Below, one piece after another: positions 42,189-60,086 of a stretch of DNA of 64,000 bases (positions are counted from its first letter, which is position 1; every line of letters starts with the position of its first letter). The translations under genes and the position numbers were made by a program. The notes under the pieces are model-generated. The model did no database searches and was not told the DNA's origin. It saw only the letters and a program-made list of their open reading frames with translations. Source of the DNA: the human T2T-CHM13v2.0 reference genome, Homo sapiens; the NCBI RefSeq assembly GCF_009914755.1, contig NC_060933.1. One strand, written 5' to 3'.

Positions 42189-43994
42189 CATACACACATG
42201 TACCTTGAAAAATAGCTTTTCTTTTTCTTAAAACTTCCCAAAGCTTTCATAAAATTAGCCCTCAAGCACTCTTATGTATCTCATCCACTCTTCTTCCTCT
42301 CTCCCCTTCCTGAAGCCATTTGTAACTTACTCTATTACACTAGGAAGGGGAAGCAAATATTCATATTATTTTCTTGTTATATCCTTAGCCTTACTAGACC
42401 TTTGTGGTTTCTATGGATGAGGGACATAATATTTATTAATTTATTCTAAACTTTAGTCACTCATAATATACCCTTTTATTCCTCCTTCTTCTGTGATATT
42501 GGGAGTGTATAGTTGTCATTGTGACAAACCCTTTGCTGTCAGTATCTATAGTGGATGGGGAGAAAAGGAGGGCTTTGCCAATCATCGTCTCCAGTGCATT
42601 TCCCACTGTCAGTGTCATTGTCTAATGCTGTTTGCATCCACACAGCCTAAGGGAAACCGTTCAAGTGAGTGACTCCCTCCCTTCACTTCAGCCCATCACT
42701 TGAGCATTTCTCTCCCTTGAAAAAAGACAAGTGGTGCTTCTAAGACTTGAGTAATTCTGAATATAATTGAGGACTAGATGTTCCTGTTTTATATCCTACA
42801 GGGCTGGCATCTCTAATGCTGAAAGTACAACAAAGTGCAGTGGTAGTCACTGAGTGTTCAGCCATGCTGGGTCATCAAAATAAAAGGAGATCATCTTCCC
42901 ATTCCTATCAATGGCCTAATCTCTACCAGATATATAACTGGAAAAACAATGCATTTGCTTAAACATCCACAGTGAGCCACACTTGTTCAGTGTTGTGGGG
43001 AAATGATGCAGAAACATCCTTGTTTATTAAGGATCCAATATTGATAGGCTGAGGCATATTTTTCCTCCCAAGTCTGCACATGGTCATGCATTAAATATTA
43101 ATGAGCATCTTCTCTCTATCAGGCTTTGGGGGATATGTTCACCTCTTGGGAGGTGAACATGATAGATAAGATCCTTTCTCTCATGTAGCATTCTCTCCAT
43201 TCTTTTTTTTTTTTTTTTTTGATAGTGACTAGCTCTGTCACCTAGGCTAGAGTGCAGTGGTGCAAACATGACTCACTGCAGCCTTGACCTCATGGACTCA
43301 AGTGATCCTCAAGTGATCCTCTTGCCTCCACAACATCCAGCTAACTTTTAAACAATTTTTTGAAGAGAAGGTTTTGCCATGTTGCCTCAGCCTCCTGAAG
43401 TGGTGGGATTACAGGTGTGAGCCACTGCACCTGGCCATGTTTTCTTTCCATTCTTGTGGAAGGCAGTAGTCAGCAAAACAGTTAATCAATTGAGAATATA
43501 TTAGGTTGTTATAGGAACCATGAAAAAATAAAATAGAGTGTGTAAAGAAGGCTTGATGGCCAGGAAGCTTTTACAGGGAAGTGACATTGGAACTGAGACC
43601 AAATACTTAAAGAAGGCAGTTCTTTGAAGAGTTGATGGGAAAGTATTCCAAGAAGTGGGAATGGCAAGGGGAAAGGACTTAAGATGTAACCTCAGAATGA
43701 TTAAGGAGGAGCATGGTACAAGAGGATGTCAGAAACATAGCCAGGAAAGAGAGCTATGCTTAAGTATTAGGATTTTATTCTTTGCAAAGGAAAAGCCCAT
43801 TGAAGCTTTAAAGCAAGGCCCTAAGAGTTAACATAATTTTTTTAAGGTACCTTAAAAATTTTGCTGAATGAAGAATTCATTGAAGTGAGTCAGGAATGTA
43901 TGATTTTGGACAACTGACACAATGCCTGAGGCATAGTTTCTTCATATGGAAATTGGAGACAATGATCATATCTACCTTAGCAGATTATATAATG

Positions 43995-44300
43995 AATTAT
44001 TTTCCTAGGGCTCCTGTAATAAGGTACCACAAACTGGGTAACTTAAGCAACAGAGATTTATTGCCTCACAATTCTAGAGGTGAGAAGTCCAGATCAAGAA
44101 GCTGGCAGGGCTAGGCTGCCTGAAAAGGTGCTAAGGAAGGAACTGTTCCAGTCCTCTTTCTCTCCTTCCAGTAGTTCCTTGGCTTGTGACAGCACAGTGT
44201 CAATTCTCATATGGCATCCTCCCCGTGTGCCTCTCTCTATGTCCAAATCTCCCTTTTATTTAAGGACAGAGTCACAGTGGATTAGAACATCCCCATAACA
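43995..44300 (-). mobile_element. MLT1-type MaLR LTR fragment
   Basis: taccacaaactgggtaacttaagcaacagagatttattgcctcacaattctagagg. Confidence 0.65.
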
Positions 44301-47300
44301 TGAAGATTGCATGAAATTATATACATAAATAACTCAACAATATAGCTTCCAAATAGAAAACACTCAGCCTTTGTCATCTCATCATTATTTGTTTACACCT
44401 TTGTATTATTGGTGTAGCTCTAGTCTTTTGAAAGGTGCAGTTACTCATCTTTGTGTTTTCCACTCCTTTATAGCTAAGTGTAAGGTGCTTTTGCAAAATC
44501 CGGTACTGCATATTTGAGAAATGCTTTTTATTCCTACACATACTGCATATACTGTTACACAATTCGATTTTGTAGGTCTAATGAAGTTGGTCTTTCTATG
44601 AGTTCCTATGGCTAAAAATAGTCACAATTGTGTACTCCAGTAAATTGTTAGAATGAAGGAAAATAGTTTGAGTGAAATTATCAATCTGGTTTTTCTGACT
44701 TCAGCTGTGTGTCATGTTTGGTTAGTCAGAGAAACATCTAATGTGAGGCCCCTGGAGGACAGCTGATAAGTAAGCATACCAAGTAGAATGGCTACTGGAA
44801 AAAGTGTGCCAGCTAGAGAGAGAGAGAAAAGAGAGAGTTAATTTACCATTTGCTCAAGTAAGGAATGATCCACAAATTCAACAAAATCTAAGTAGTCTTA
44901 AAGGACATGTCATTGACAGATTTATCTTCTAGTCTCCCACTTTGTCTAATACTGCTTCAAAACAAAGCAATTTACTGAACCCAGTGGTCTCATTATTCTG
45001 GAGGTTTATAAGGTTAAAAATACCTGGAGTTTTGGGAGCAGCAATAGCACTGAAGTGGGATATTAGTAGTGATGCGTGTGTTTACAGCACCTGTGAACAC
45101 ACAGAGACTGAAGCTTGAAGGCTGATGACCCTGAGTTAGGGGAAAAGATAAAACTTTTTATTAGATTTTTTTAATGTCGAGAAGAAAATTATTTATCTCC
45201 ACATTTCTTGAATATTATCCTCTTACAGTTACGTCAATGATTCTCACCCCAGTTATATATTAAAATTACCTGGAGATATATAAAGACTATCAATGTTCTA
45301 CTCTTCTACAGATTAAATCATCATCACTGAGTGTGGCCCTCCAGCAACCAGGTTTGAGAACCACTTTAGACCAGAATTTTTCTCTGTGCCATTCAGTAAT
45401 GGCAATGATAACTGTAGGATATGCAAATTGCAGAAAGACAACGGCAAATGATTTAACTTATCCCCAAACAGCTGAACTATCTTAAGCCTCATGGCTACTT
45501 TAGAGTGACCAAATCCATGTAGATGCCAGAAGTTGTGTCATACACCTATTTCAAGGGACACATAGAATTTACCTATATATACCTACCTCAAGGGTCATGT
45601 CGGTTTACCATTCCCCTAAACAACAGCTTAATAGTATAAACTGCTGAACTGCTGTCTGCCTAATATTTATTGTGGCTATACTTCTTCTTTTCTGTATTAA
45701 AGGCCACTGCTTTTCCCAGCTTGCTCTTTGTTCTCCATCATCTGTTGTGGGTCACTTGTGCTTTCTGTTTTTAACACCCGTGTTGCTGAAGTCATTTCTC
45801 CAATTCATGATCCATGAAACTACTTCAGCAGTGAAAATGGCACCCCTCAGGTTCAAGTCAACACTTTTATATTTCCCTCTAGGTCAAGATCCAAGCTATA
45901 GAAGAAATCAGGATATGTCAATTTTCTAGAGCAGCCAAGTTTTCTAAAAGTCTACCTAGCCATGTAGTTATGTAGCCTCACTCTCACTTAACAAAGAAAA
46001 TTAAAAAGCACACCAGAAAAGACTTTTCCTGTTAAAAACACATGTTTATTGTAGAAAATATAGCACGGAAAAAGAAGAAAATATAAGGCAACTAGAATTT
46101 CTCTAGTTAGAGATAACTATTATTTATTTGAGTGTGTGTATATATCTATATATATATTGACATTCAGCTCTTATGTACTAGATACACACATCTACTGTTT
46201 CATAAGCTTTTTTCACAGAATAGATTATAATCAGTTATGTTTGTTATCACCACAACATTTTCTTCTTGAAGACCTTCTGGAATGAGGCATTTGCTTTTCT
46301 ATCTAGAGACCCTATCCTTTTAAAAGGTCCTTTATCTGTGGAAAGAGCTATTCTGGCCACAGTTACTGCCAAGAAACAAGGTGTTAGAAAAGGCCTAAAG
46401 TTAAGTGCAGAACTGCTGTGTTTTGATGAATATTCCGTTGTTTTGAGAGGAGGTAGAAGCATTCTCAGCTTCAGGATATTTGCTCACTACTCATTAGTCT
46501 CTCTGAGAAGTAGCAAACTTCAAAGGTTAAATATGAAGAGATGAGTTGTGTAATGCCTAGATGTCAGTAGCGGAGAAGGTATCTGAGCAAATTCAGAATT
46601 TTATCCCTGTCTCCATGGGCCTAGTGTGAAGAACAGTCATTTGTGTAAGTGGGTCTTTGTGTATATGGTACTGAATCAGGTCACTGAGTCAGAAACTTAG
46701 AGCTGTAAGGAAAGTGAGGTGCTCTCCAGTCCAGTGTTCTGGAATTTCTTCTGCAGTGGCCCCCAACAGCAGGTGGCAGCCTCGTCCATGATTGTATTCT
46801 TAAGTGACATGGTATTACTCTTTCTATTTGCAATCCATTTCACTGATGGATAGTTCTAGAGATCTGAAATATTGAGATTTAGCTCAGTGTTGTTTATATG
46901 AAGATAGATTCCACTTTCCAACAATTCTCTTGTATGTATCTAATGTCTGCCGCATGGAATGTCACAGATTATGCTTCATACTTGTCTTCCTGAGTCTTCT
47001 TTATCCAGAACACCCTGAGTTTTTGAATGGTTGACATGCCAGCTGACTTTCTGCAGATGTACTTCTCATGTGTAAATTTCCTTCTCTGTGAGGTATTCAT
47101 ATTGAACATGACCTCCAAGTGTGTTTGGGTCTGCGCAGAAGACAATAGGACTGTGATTTCTGATGATTAAAACCTGGATTGTATGTTACTGTGATCAGAC
47201 CCTGAGACTGCGTTAGCAAGTTTTATAGCATCTGAGTCGCTCTGTTGGAGGAAAGTGCATGTGATGGGCATTTGCTTGCTTCCCCACCAGATTCTCTACC

Positions 47301-47549
47301 TTCACCCTTCCTGCAAGATTCCCTAGGAAGCTGACTTCTGCTGAATGCAACACTCAGGTTCTCTGCTTCCTAGATTCTAGTTGAGTTTGGTCCATGGGAG
47401 GCCTTGGCAGAAATTTTGAGAGTAAGAGCAAATAATTACTTAACCATTAGAAAAAAATAACATGAATGTGTCCTTCTATCCATGACCTCAGTTCCTGTTG
47501 GGGAGCCTCGGTGCCAATCCCTCGGTGCATCACCATTTCTAATTAGTTC

Positions 47550-48295
<746 letters not shown>

Positions 48296-48466
48296 CAGTT
48301 CCCTTAACCCTGGAAAGAGATCCTTCATTAAACTCTTTCTGCTTAATCCTTTGAGAGTGCAACAATTTCCTGCTAGGACCCTGACAGATAGAGGGACCAT
48401 ACAGATCACTAAAATGCTGAGGAATTTTTCAAATGAACTGCACCCAACAGACCTCCCTGATTCTGA

Positions 48467-48790
<324 letters not shown>

Positions 48791-49602
48791 AACTTTAAAA
48801 AAAAACCCCAAATAGTACTTTGAACTTCACCCGCAGGGAGTTATTCAAATTGGTTGTCAGCCAGTTATTTCAGGTTGTTGAGATCATCTGGCTCTTGATT
48901 TTATTAATCATCTTAGCCTTCCCTTTCAACAATTTGCCGACTTTGTGCAAATTTTATTAATATGTGATCTCTGTTTTTATCCATGGAGAGGCAGTATAGT
49001 ATCATAAGGAAAAATAGACTTTGGAGTAGGCAGAAATTAGGTTTGAATTACTAGCCACGAGGCTTTGGGAACATTACTTAAACTCTATAAGCTTCAATTT
49101 CTTTATCTATAAGGTAGGTATAAAACCTGAAAGTTTTGGCATGAGTTTAGTAAAACTGTCTGTGAAGCCCTTGTGGACTGCTTGGTCCATGTAGGCATTT
49201 GATAAACGGTGGCTTTATATAGAGGAGGGAAATGCAAGCTATCTCAAAAAGAAATCAGGGAAATAAGAATGCCATCTGAAATCTGTCATATGAGAATGAA
49301 AGGAGCATAGACAGGTTTTGAGTGTGGGGTGAGGAGTAGGGGAGGGGAGGAGATAAGTGAACTGCCCCTCAGACTTCCAGGGAGGAGAAAAATGATGTCA
49401 CTGGGAACTGCAGTCATTTGAAAAGATAGCAATCAAGCATTTCTTTCAGAGCCCTGTTCATCTTTCAGTGGCTTTGCTTCTCCAGATGCTTTTGCTCCTT
49501 CAATTATCTCTGCCTTCTCCCACCTCCTCTCCAACCATCTCTTCCCTTCCTTAATTCACAATTTTTCTCCCTCTTTTCAAGGCATAGTGCTTTGATTTAT
49601 AA

Positions 49603-50707
<1,105 letters not shown>

Positions 50708-52368
50708 TGGATTTCTTTTTGACATAGAATTATTTAAGAGAAAGCTTTTAAATTTCCATGCTGTAATTTCTAGTTTTGTTGTGTCATAATCAGAGAATAT
50801 AATCTGTAGCATTTCTACATTCTCTACTTTGCTTAGATGTTTTTAGGGTGGGGTGTGTAATATGTACTGAATTTTGTAAACATTTTGTGGACATACAAAT
50901 TTCAATGTTTACTTTTTCAGGCTATAGGCTTTGCTACATAATTTTTGTGTATTTTGTGGTCCTCATATAGATTTTTTAATTATCTTTTTGCTGTGATAGA
51001 GATTAGAAGGGTAAATTAATGTCTCATTTACCATCATTTTTCTTTCTGTATCTCTTTTCATTTCCTGATGCTTTGGTTTTATGAAATCTTTATGTATAAA
51101 AATTGTGCACACATATCTTTATGCACAGTGTTTTGGATTTTACCCTTCATAATGAGCTTTTTTCTCTCCTTTGAATTTGACCTGGCCTGGTGTTAACAGC
51201 CCAGGTGTAAAATTCCAGTGAGAAAGAAGTCTGATGAGGAGTCAGTAGGATCTTTGTGTTGCTGAGAACTGCTCAGTAACACGGACAGCTCCCTGAACTC
51301 CAGGAAACATCCTGATTTAGTGTTTTGAGTATTGTGAAGCACAGTTAGAGCAGAAACATGGAGAATCACCTTAAATGGCAAATTGGCTTCTGGTCTTGCA
51401 TAAGACTTCATTGAGGCCTAATGGGCTATGCAGGTCTACTGTCCAAAGTACAGAGGTTATTCCTAGTGTCTTTAATATTACTGTCCCTTTAGGCAAGATT
51501 ATCCTTATGATAAGGGAGAGTGAATTAAGCTATTTTGGCTGAGGCATATTTTTATAAATTCATCCAATTAGCTTCCCTTGTTGTAGTTTTGGCTCACCAA
51601 ACATTGTTCTCATTATAATTTAGCATCCCATATAATTTCATCTGCAGGGAGAGTCTGTACTAGGCATGGCGATGCTTACATGTCAGCCTGTGTGACTGCA
51701 AGAGTCTCAGTACAATTTGATAACATGGCACTCAGATTCTAGACATTATTCTCTGTGTGCTTAGTGAGTGTGATGACATAACCTTCAGAAAGATTCATCC
51801 TTTCTCACATATTGATAAATCAACTTTTACATCTACAAAGTTGAGAGCCAGAAATTAAAACCTTATTAATTCACTAAGGCATCCCTATGACGGCAGTCTT
51901 CCAACTAGCTCCATTCTGGGGCACTCTGACATCATTATACACTTTCCAATGAAAGCAGGGAGTGTATGTGATTAAAGGGAGAGCCCTGTGGCACTCCTGA
52001 AAAATCTCCCCTCCCAGTTCACATTGACTTATTAACCAACACTCATGATCATGTGAAACTCTAGAACTGGATCTGGGTGCCTGGCAGGATGACATGGTGT
52101 GAGGCTCAAGCAGCACTGTGGGAATTCAAGCATCTGTTTATTTCTGAGAGAAAAAGTGTAAAGCAAAATAATATCTTTTAACAAACGTTTGTATTTGACT
52201 AAAGAGGAAGCAAGCACTTAATTTATGAATTTGCTAATTGCTCTTCTGAGCTGAGAATATCTGTGTTGGATATTAGTCATTATCCATATTTGGCACAGAA
52301 TAATCCCGAGGGTTAAATGACATTGTTCCTACAGTGGGCACCTGAAGACTGGCTGTAAAAGCAATCCT

Positions 52369-52757
<389 letters not shown>

Positions 52758-55700
52758 CTAACACTACTGAGGCTATTGACAGTGGCACTTTGCTCTTCTG
52801 TTAGAACCTTGGGAAAATTTCTTCCCCCTGAATACAGTATAATAAACTTGGTTCTTATTTCTCTTTCTCTCCCCCTCCTTTTTTCTTCCCTCCCCACCAC
52901 CACATGCATACACACAAATAGACAGATTTGTTTATATTTGACTTTCTAAAAACCTGTTACTAGAAAGGCACATTAATACATTTCTCCTGTGCTGATGGTA
53001 ATCAGGCAACTCTGGTTTCTATTGGAGGCAATTTCTTACGTATTAAATGCCAGAAAAAGGGCATCCTTCCGTTTTTGTAGAGAGCCTTTCTTTATGAAGA
53101 CTAATGACCACATTAGTTAGTCAGTCAGTCAATAATACTTACCAAATGTCAGTAGAGCCGAAGTGAACACCAACAGAAAATCACATTTTACAAATGCAAT
53201 TTACTTGGTATCCTAACATGCCATGTCATAATAATTATTGAGGCTTTTCTTCTCTGCTGCATTGGTCTAATGAAAGTGGCTAGAAAAATATGGGTGCCCA
53301 TGTAGCCTCCTGGAAGCACCTGTATGACTTTTCTAGAAGCGAGGTTCCTGGATAAAGATGAATTTTTAAAAGCTGGAATGAATGAGCAGCAATAGCAGAA
53401 GGAGAAAAGTGAGTGAGGGCTCTCCAAGAAGCCATCTGGCAGGCTAAGGGTTCTGAGGGAAGCTCTGGTTTCAGAAGCAACTCAGGAATTACTTCTGTCA
53501 TATTAGGATGGGATGGTAGGAGATTGGGAACTCTAGGGACTAGAAGTCATTTAATTTCCTGTCTACAATCCTTAGAAGAGGTTTTGAGACTTGCAACCTA
53601 GGACCTTAACTAGTCATCTTCCCTCAGCATTGATAGAATTCTTTATTATACATGTTAATATCAGATTAGTCAGGATGGGCTGGATTATGCTGTGTTAACA
53701 GCCATTCTCTAAATCTCTGTGGCTCACCAGGGAGCTCTGCCTGTCATGGTCACTTGGGACCCAGGCTTTGGGTATAAGGCTACAGCACATGGAAAATGTA
53801 TGAATGTCTCTCAGATTGTTAAAGCTTCAGCTGGAAGTGACATGTCATTCTGCTCACAGTTCATTGGCTAAATGAGTCACGTGGCTCTCTCTAACTTCAA
53901 GGATGGTATGAAATTGCAATCCTACCATGTCTCTAGAAGGAGAACCAGCCCTAATCACAATGCTACATGTTTATAGCTTGCCTCATAGAGTTTACTGTAT
54001 TCTCCTGGTATAATTTTCTTACATGCTCAACTGGAGAGGAAGCTCTTAAATAGAAAAAAAATCACAGTAAATTTCCTTTAAAAGATCTATTTTACAACTC
54101 TGGCATGATGGAGCACAATGGAGTCCTTAGTAATGGACTCCATCTCTTCCATCAGATAAAATCTTGAGAACTGAAGTTAAAATTTGAATAATGAAACCAA
54201 AGGGAAAACAAATTAAATGAATTTTAAGACACTTGAGATAAGAACAACTGTGGCATCAGCACAATTCAATTTAATAATGTATTAATTATTTTGCAGAAAA
54301 GTGAAAACAAATTGATAGCCAAATCAATGCAGCATTAAGCCACCATTTGGTCTAATTTCTTGCTGAATTGACAAAACAAAACACTAGTTTAGTTATATAA
54401 ACATGGCTGATGTTTATACAAACAACAGAATTTGCCGGTAGCATTATCACTGGAAAATAAGATGTGTACTTAATTCTTGTATGTTCTGAGCCCATCTAGG
54501 AAGAACATAAAAGACGAAGAACAAAGCAATCACAGGATGTTATCATGAAAATATCACCTTTGGCTGGAGTAAAGTTTTGGCTAAATGTGGCACTAGTATT
54601 TATTACAGCTCACCTTTTTATAATGAAGGGCTATGGACCGAACATTCTTATTATTTCCCATTTTCTTACCACTCTATCCCAACACACATGCACATGCATG
54701 CACACACGCACACACACTGGCACCCACACCCATGCATGTGGGACACACAGAGCAGCCTAGGCAATTTCAATTGTTGGCAGCTTTGCTTTTATTAGGTATT
54801 AGTCTACCGACTTGCTTTCTCTTTAGAGAGACTAAGTGAAACCAAACTCATTTCCACCCAGTTAGCCTGCTGGAACCTGTAACAGTTACTGTAATGTTAA
54901 AAGCAGTAAAACAAAATAAAAACCAGTCAGTTCACTTACTCCCGAAGTCCGCAGTTTGGTGTTCAGCTTTAAAACATATGCTCTGGGTGTCCTGTGGTGG
55001 CTACCAGAGGCTTTGGTGAGTCATTGTCAACCCAGTGGCTAGAGAAGTGCTGGAATGCCCCTCTTAAATACAGAGCCAGTTTGTCCTTCAGAATGGCTGC
55101 TTGAACGAATTTATTGCTCAACTCGAAAGGCCGTTTTTTATAACCCACTGCAGTTGTGCTTCATGTGTTTCTCCACCTATCCTGTAAAGCGTATTGTGAA
55201 ATTAATTTTGTAGATTTCCTCACACTGCAGTGACTAGGGAAATCACCCATTCGTTATTATCTAATGAGGAGAAAGTGGAAACATCTAGAAGCACTGCTCC
55301 CATCCTCCTCCCCAGCCCACACAGACACCTACCTCAGGCCCTCCCTGTCCCAGGTGAGCAGAGGGCCCCACCTTTGGAGGTTGCCTCCCTTCCACCTTCA
55401 CCAATCCTATGACCAGATTATCCCCAAGGAAATGTCAATCTCCAGGCAGCAAGGGAATCATATAAAGATAAGATCATTGAGAGATTTTTTTTCCTCCGTG
55501 ATTGGCAGTTTATATTTTCTTGGGTCTACAAATCTGACAGTATTTATTAAATTTTCTAGTTTGATACTGACGTCTGTCTGATGCTGGGCTGTCACCATGC
55601 CCAAGACTGAGGGGACCCACAGTCTAGCTAGAAGGCATGGATCAATTCCAACTGCCCTACCCCTAGCCTGTGGGCAGGAGAAAGCTCTCAGGCTCTGGCA

Positions 55701-56669
55701 GAGGAGTCCCAGGGGCAGGATGCATGATCTTCCACTGTGCCTCCCAGCCATGCTGAGCAGCAAAGCAGACCATGAGCACGTCTCCCTTAAATTCATTTGC
55801 TTGATTTGTCCTTGAGTGTCCTTGGATGGGTTTGTTCCCTCCTTGTGCAGTATGTCTTGGTCATCCTGATTCCTGGGCTTGGCTCCCAGGTTGATTCTTT
55901 CCCTGACACAAAACAGGCACTATGGGCAAAGACACCTGCAGCCTTGGAGAGACCAGTGATGCTGGATGTTTCCTGTTAGCACTCAGGAAAGCTCAGAGCC
56001 TTTGATGAGCATCTTTTGATCCATTAGTTAAAACCACGCTGGGTTCTTTATAGTGGTTAGTTAGCTCTGGGCTATGGGATTGTGGAAGACATTTATTTCT
56101 TCTTTGGATTCACCTGGATTTTCTGCAACGGACATGTATCGATAAAATACACGGTGCTTTTAAGAAATTGCCCCATCATCATGTTGCTGTTGTTGTTATT
56201 GATATTGTTGTTTCTGATGGATAGAGATCTAGGCCTGACACTCCAAGCAGTGTGAACAGCATTTACCTTGATAAGCATTCTTACATCTTAACTCTCGGGA
56301 ATTTTAAATAGAAGTGTTCCGTGTGATTAAATTAACAGGTTTAGAGATGAGTGTCCTGGTTATTTCCTTTGTTCTCCTCCTGGTAGCTGCCTGCACTCAC
56401 AGCATGTTGGGAATGGTGATTATAAATGTAACCATGCTCTCTTCTTGTAAGTGGAGAGCCCAGGTACCTCTTATCCAGCATGTGACCCTCTTTCTACCTC
56501 AGGATAGTCATACTCTTAGGCTTCCTGGATTTATTCAGGGCCAAGGAGTGGTCAAGGTCCTTTTTGTTTTGCCCTATTCCCTTTGGAAAACATTTAGTTT
56601 ATGCCCATGTTACAGATTGCAAAATACAGGCACATATTCTCACTAATGTGGTCTGCATGTCCCTTTGCA

Positions 56670-56904
56670 AGGATCACGAGGTCAGGAGATGGAGACCATC
56701 CTGGCTAACACAGTGAAACACAGTCTCTACTAAAAAATACAAAAAAAAAAAAAAATTATCTGGGCGTGGTGGTAGGTGCCTGTAGTCTCAGCTACTTGGG
56801 AGCCTGAGGCAGGAGAATGACGTGAACCCAGGAGGCAGAGCTTGCAGTGAGCCTAGATCGCACCACTGCACTCCAGCCTGGGCAACAGAGAGAGATTCTG
56901 ACTC

Positions 56905-56940
<36 letters not shown>

Positions 56941-56950
56941 GAAAAGAAAA
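56670..56950 (+). mobile_element. 5'-truncated AluY-like with (GAAAA)n tail
   Basis: ggatcacgaggtcaggagatggagaccatcctggctaacac. Confidence 0.88.
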
Positions 56951-57728
56951 GGAGCCTCTTTGCCTCTTTACCCTAATCTGGGCAAGCCTTGCAACCTGAT
57001 TTGCCAAAAAAATATGAAGGAAGCAATGTGATGTGATTTTCCAGGCTAGAATGTAAGAAGCCTTGGAGCTTCTGCTTTTACTGTCTTCAGATGCTGCCTG
57101 AAACCACTGTAAGAAGCTCTAACCTACTGGAGGATAAGGGGTGAGCCCAAGAGCATCAAGGCTCCCATCAACAGCCAGTCCTGTGAGTGAGGCCATCTTG
57201 GACCTGCCAGCTCAGTAAACCCTTTTGCTGAACACAGCCCAAGGAAGGAACCCTTGCAAAATGAAATCATGTGGTCAGTTTGCGGGGTGGTTATTACACA
57301 GCAGTAGATGATTGAAAAGGCCCAGTGTCTTCCTGGGGACTGAAACACCCACCTCCTGTTCATGTTGATACACGGTGAGCAGCATATGGATGTGGGAGTG
57401 GTGTTGGTTGCAGGTGAGGTAGAGAAGCAGTGAACAGAGCACGAAGACCTGATGTTCCAGGGTCGGGAGTTTAGACTTGATCCTAACACCGGCCATAGGC
57501 GGATTTAGGCAAGAGAGTAACGTGGTCAGATTTTCATTTTAGAAAGTTACTCTGACATCCATGTGGAAAATGAACTTGAAGGTCACAAGGCTGATGGAGC
57601 CAGGAAGACCATTTGGGAGGTGATTGTAGTAATCTACTTACGAGTTCATTACGAGCTGGGGAATGGGGAGGTGTTAGAGAAGAGAAAATGGATTTGAAGA
57701 GCTGAGGGATGTTAAAAAGGCAAAACTG

Positions 57729-58031
<303 letters not shown>

Positions 58032-59279
58032 CCGGAAAATTGTTGGGACTTGTAATTAATTGGGTGAGGAAACTGAGTGGCAAATGGTCTCAGCTCTACA
58101 CATGGAGAGCCCTGGGGACATAGGGAGAGCATATTTGGAAGGAAAGATGATAATTTTAGTTCTTAAAATTTTGTTTGTGGAGGAGACATTCAGACAGAGA
58201 ATTCTGTTGGGCAGTTTTATGTAGAGAACTACATCTAAAGAGGTCAGAAGTGAACTTCAATAAAATTGAGGTGACCAATGATCATCAGTTTTAAAGAGGA
58301 CATATTTTCTTTTTCTGTTAAAGGGAACACACCTATGAGTCAGAAAGCCAGACTTTTATTTTTTCTCGCCAAAAGTTATTGTACAACCTACAGAAGAGAG
58401 TGTAAACACTGGTCTTTAAGATGAATTGTAAAGCTCTAAAGAGAATAAGAAAAATTGCGTTTCATGATTTATGATGGATAACATTTTAGAGTTGATTTCA
58501 TAAGAGAATTCGTTAAGCCAATAGACAACCATGGCATTTTAACTGTAGTGTTTAAGTATCTTTAGCTCTGATTTTTTAATTAGCAGAAGCAAATAAAGAG
58601 AGCTTCGTTTTAACCATGAGAAATCTCTCTTCTGTATTTCATGTGACTAAATTTGTCCAGACGCTGAAGTTCAAATAATCACAGTGATTGCCAATATAAT
58701 GGTTAATTTCCTGAGAAGTAAGTTCATACTTTGCCACAGTTTGCTCCCCTGTAAGATCAGACAGAAAAATAAGAATAAAACCGACTAATAGCTATTGATT
58801 GCCTCTGGAACAGCTATCAATATAAAGAGCCAGACAAAACACATAATAAAGAATTGTGTTAGTGCCAGAGAGACTTTAGAGATCATTTGCCCATCTCTTT
58901 ACCTTCTCCCACTTGTTTCTGTCCCTCCACCCCACCAGCTCTGATACAGACACACAGGATATTAGCAAAGGATAGTATTTGTTGAGAGCCTTTTGCGTGT
59001 CAGGCACTGCTTCTAAACGTTGTATAATACCAGCTCATTCAATCTTCAAATCAATGCTATACAGTAGGTACTCTTCTTCTTCTTTTTTTTTTTTTTTTAA
59101 TTTTACAGCTGAGGGACTGAGGTATGGAGAGGTTAGGTAACTTGTTGAAGGACACCAAGCCAGTCAGGGTGCCACTGGACCTAAGACAAGGTAACCTGGC
59201 TCTGAGACCAACCCCACAGAGAAGTATGTGGATGCTGACAACACTGTAGGAAGTTACAAGGAGCAAAAGAATAGCAGCC

Positions 59280-60086
59280 TCAGCCCTGAATTCCACTGTA
59301 AGCTTCCCTCTAATCTTCCCTGCCTCACTCTCAATCAAATAAAGAGCTGATCAGGAAGCAACTATGCACGGTCTCCACAGTCTCTTATCTTAACCCAGAC
59401 TCTCCTTTCTATTGATAGCAGGTCTGTAGATAATAATTCTTTCAACCAATTGACAATCAGAAAATCTTTGAATCTATCTATGACCTGTAAGCCCCATTAC
59501 TTTGTATTTTCCTCCTTCCAGACCAAACCAATGCAGACCAAACCAATGCAGAACTCCTATGTGCTGATGGTGGTCTTACATTTCCCTAAGTTTCTGCCGA
59601 CTAAACTGTGCACACGTTCTCGGGACCTCCTGAAGCTGCGTCACAGGCACTAATCAAAGAACACAACCAAGGTGAGTCTCAATCATTTCAAGAAATCTAT
59701 TTGCAAGGTTAAGGACACACCTGAGAAAAGAACAGAGAACCACAGGAAAAACTGTGGTCCGTGCTTTTCCCAAAGATTGTCTGGGGACCTCAGTAAGTAA
59801 AGGGGAAAAGTGTGGGTATTGGGGAAAGGGGAAGAAGTGGAAAAAATGGGTGTGGGTAAATCAGAGGCAAATTGTTGCATTCTTCTGTCTTTGGTCAGCG
59901 TTCACTGAATACACATTTTACATGCGATGGAGGTAGAGGCAGGGATGTAGCTTTTTTATCTTTGTGTAATAGCTATCTTATTTAGGAACCAGATGGGAAG
60001 CAGGTTTGCATAAGCCAGTTCCCAGCTTGGCTTTTCCCTTTGGCTTAGTGAGTCTGGGGTCCCAGGATTTATTTTCCGTTCTCACA
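59280..60086. mobile_element. Two MER4-group ERV1 LTR pieces tail-to-tail (+ ~59280-59650; - ~59655-60086)
   Basis: ttcaaccaattgacaatcagaaaatctttgaatc on +; reverse complement of 60030-60086 reads tgtgagaacggaaaataaatcctgggacccc..ctcactaagccaaagggaaaag (MER4A/MER83-like start). Confidence 0.6.
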
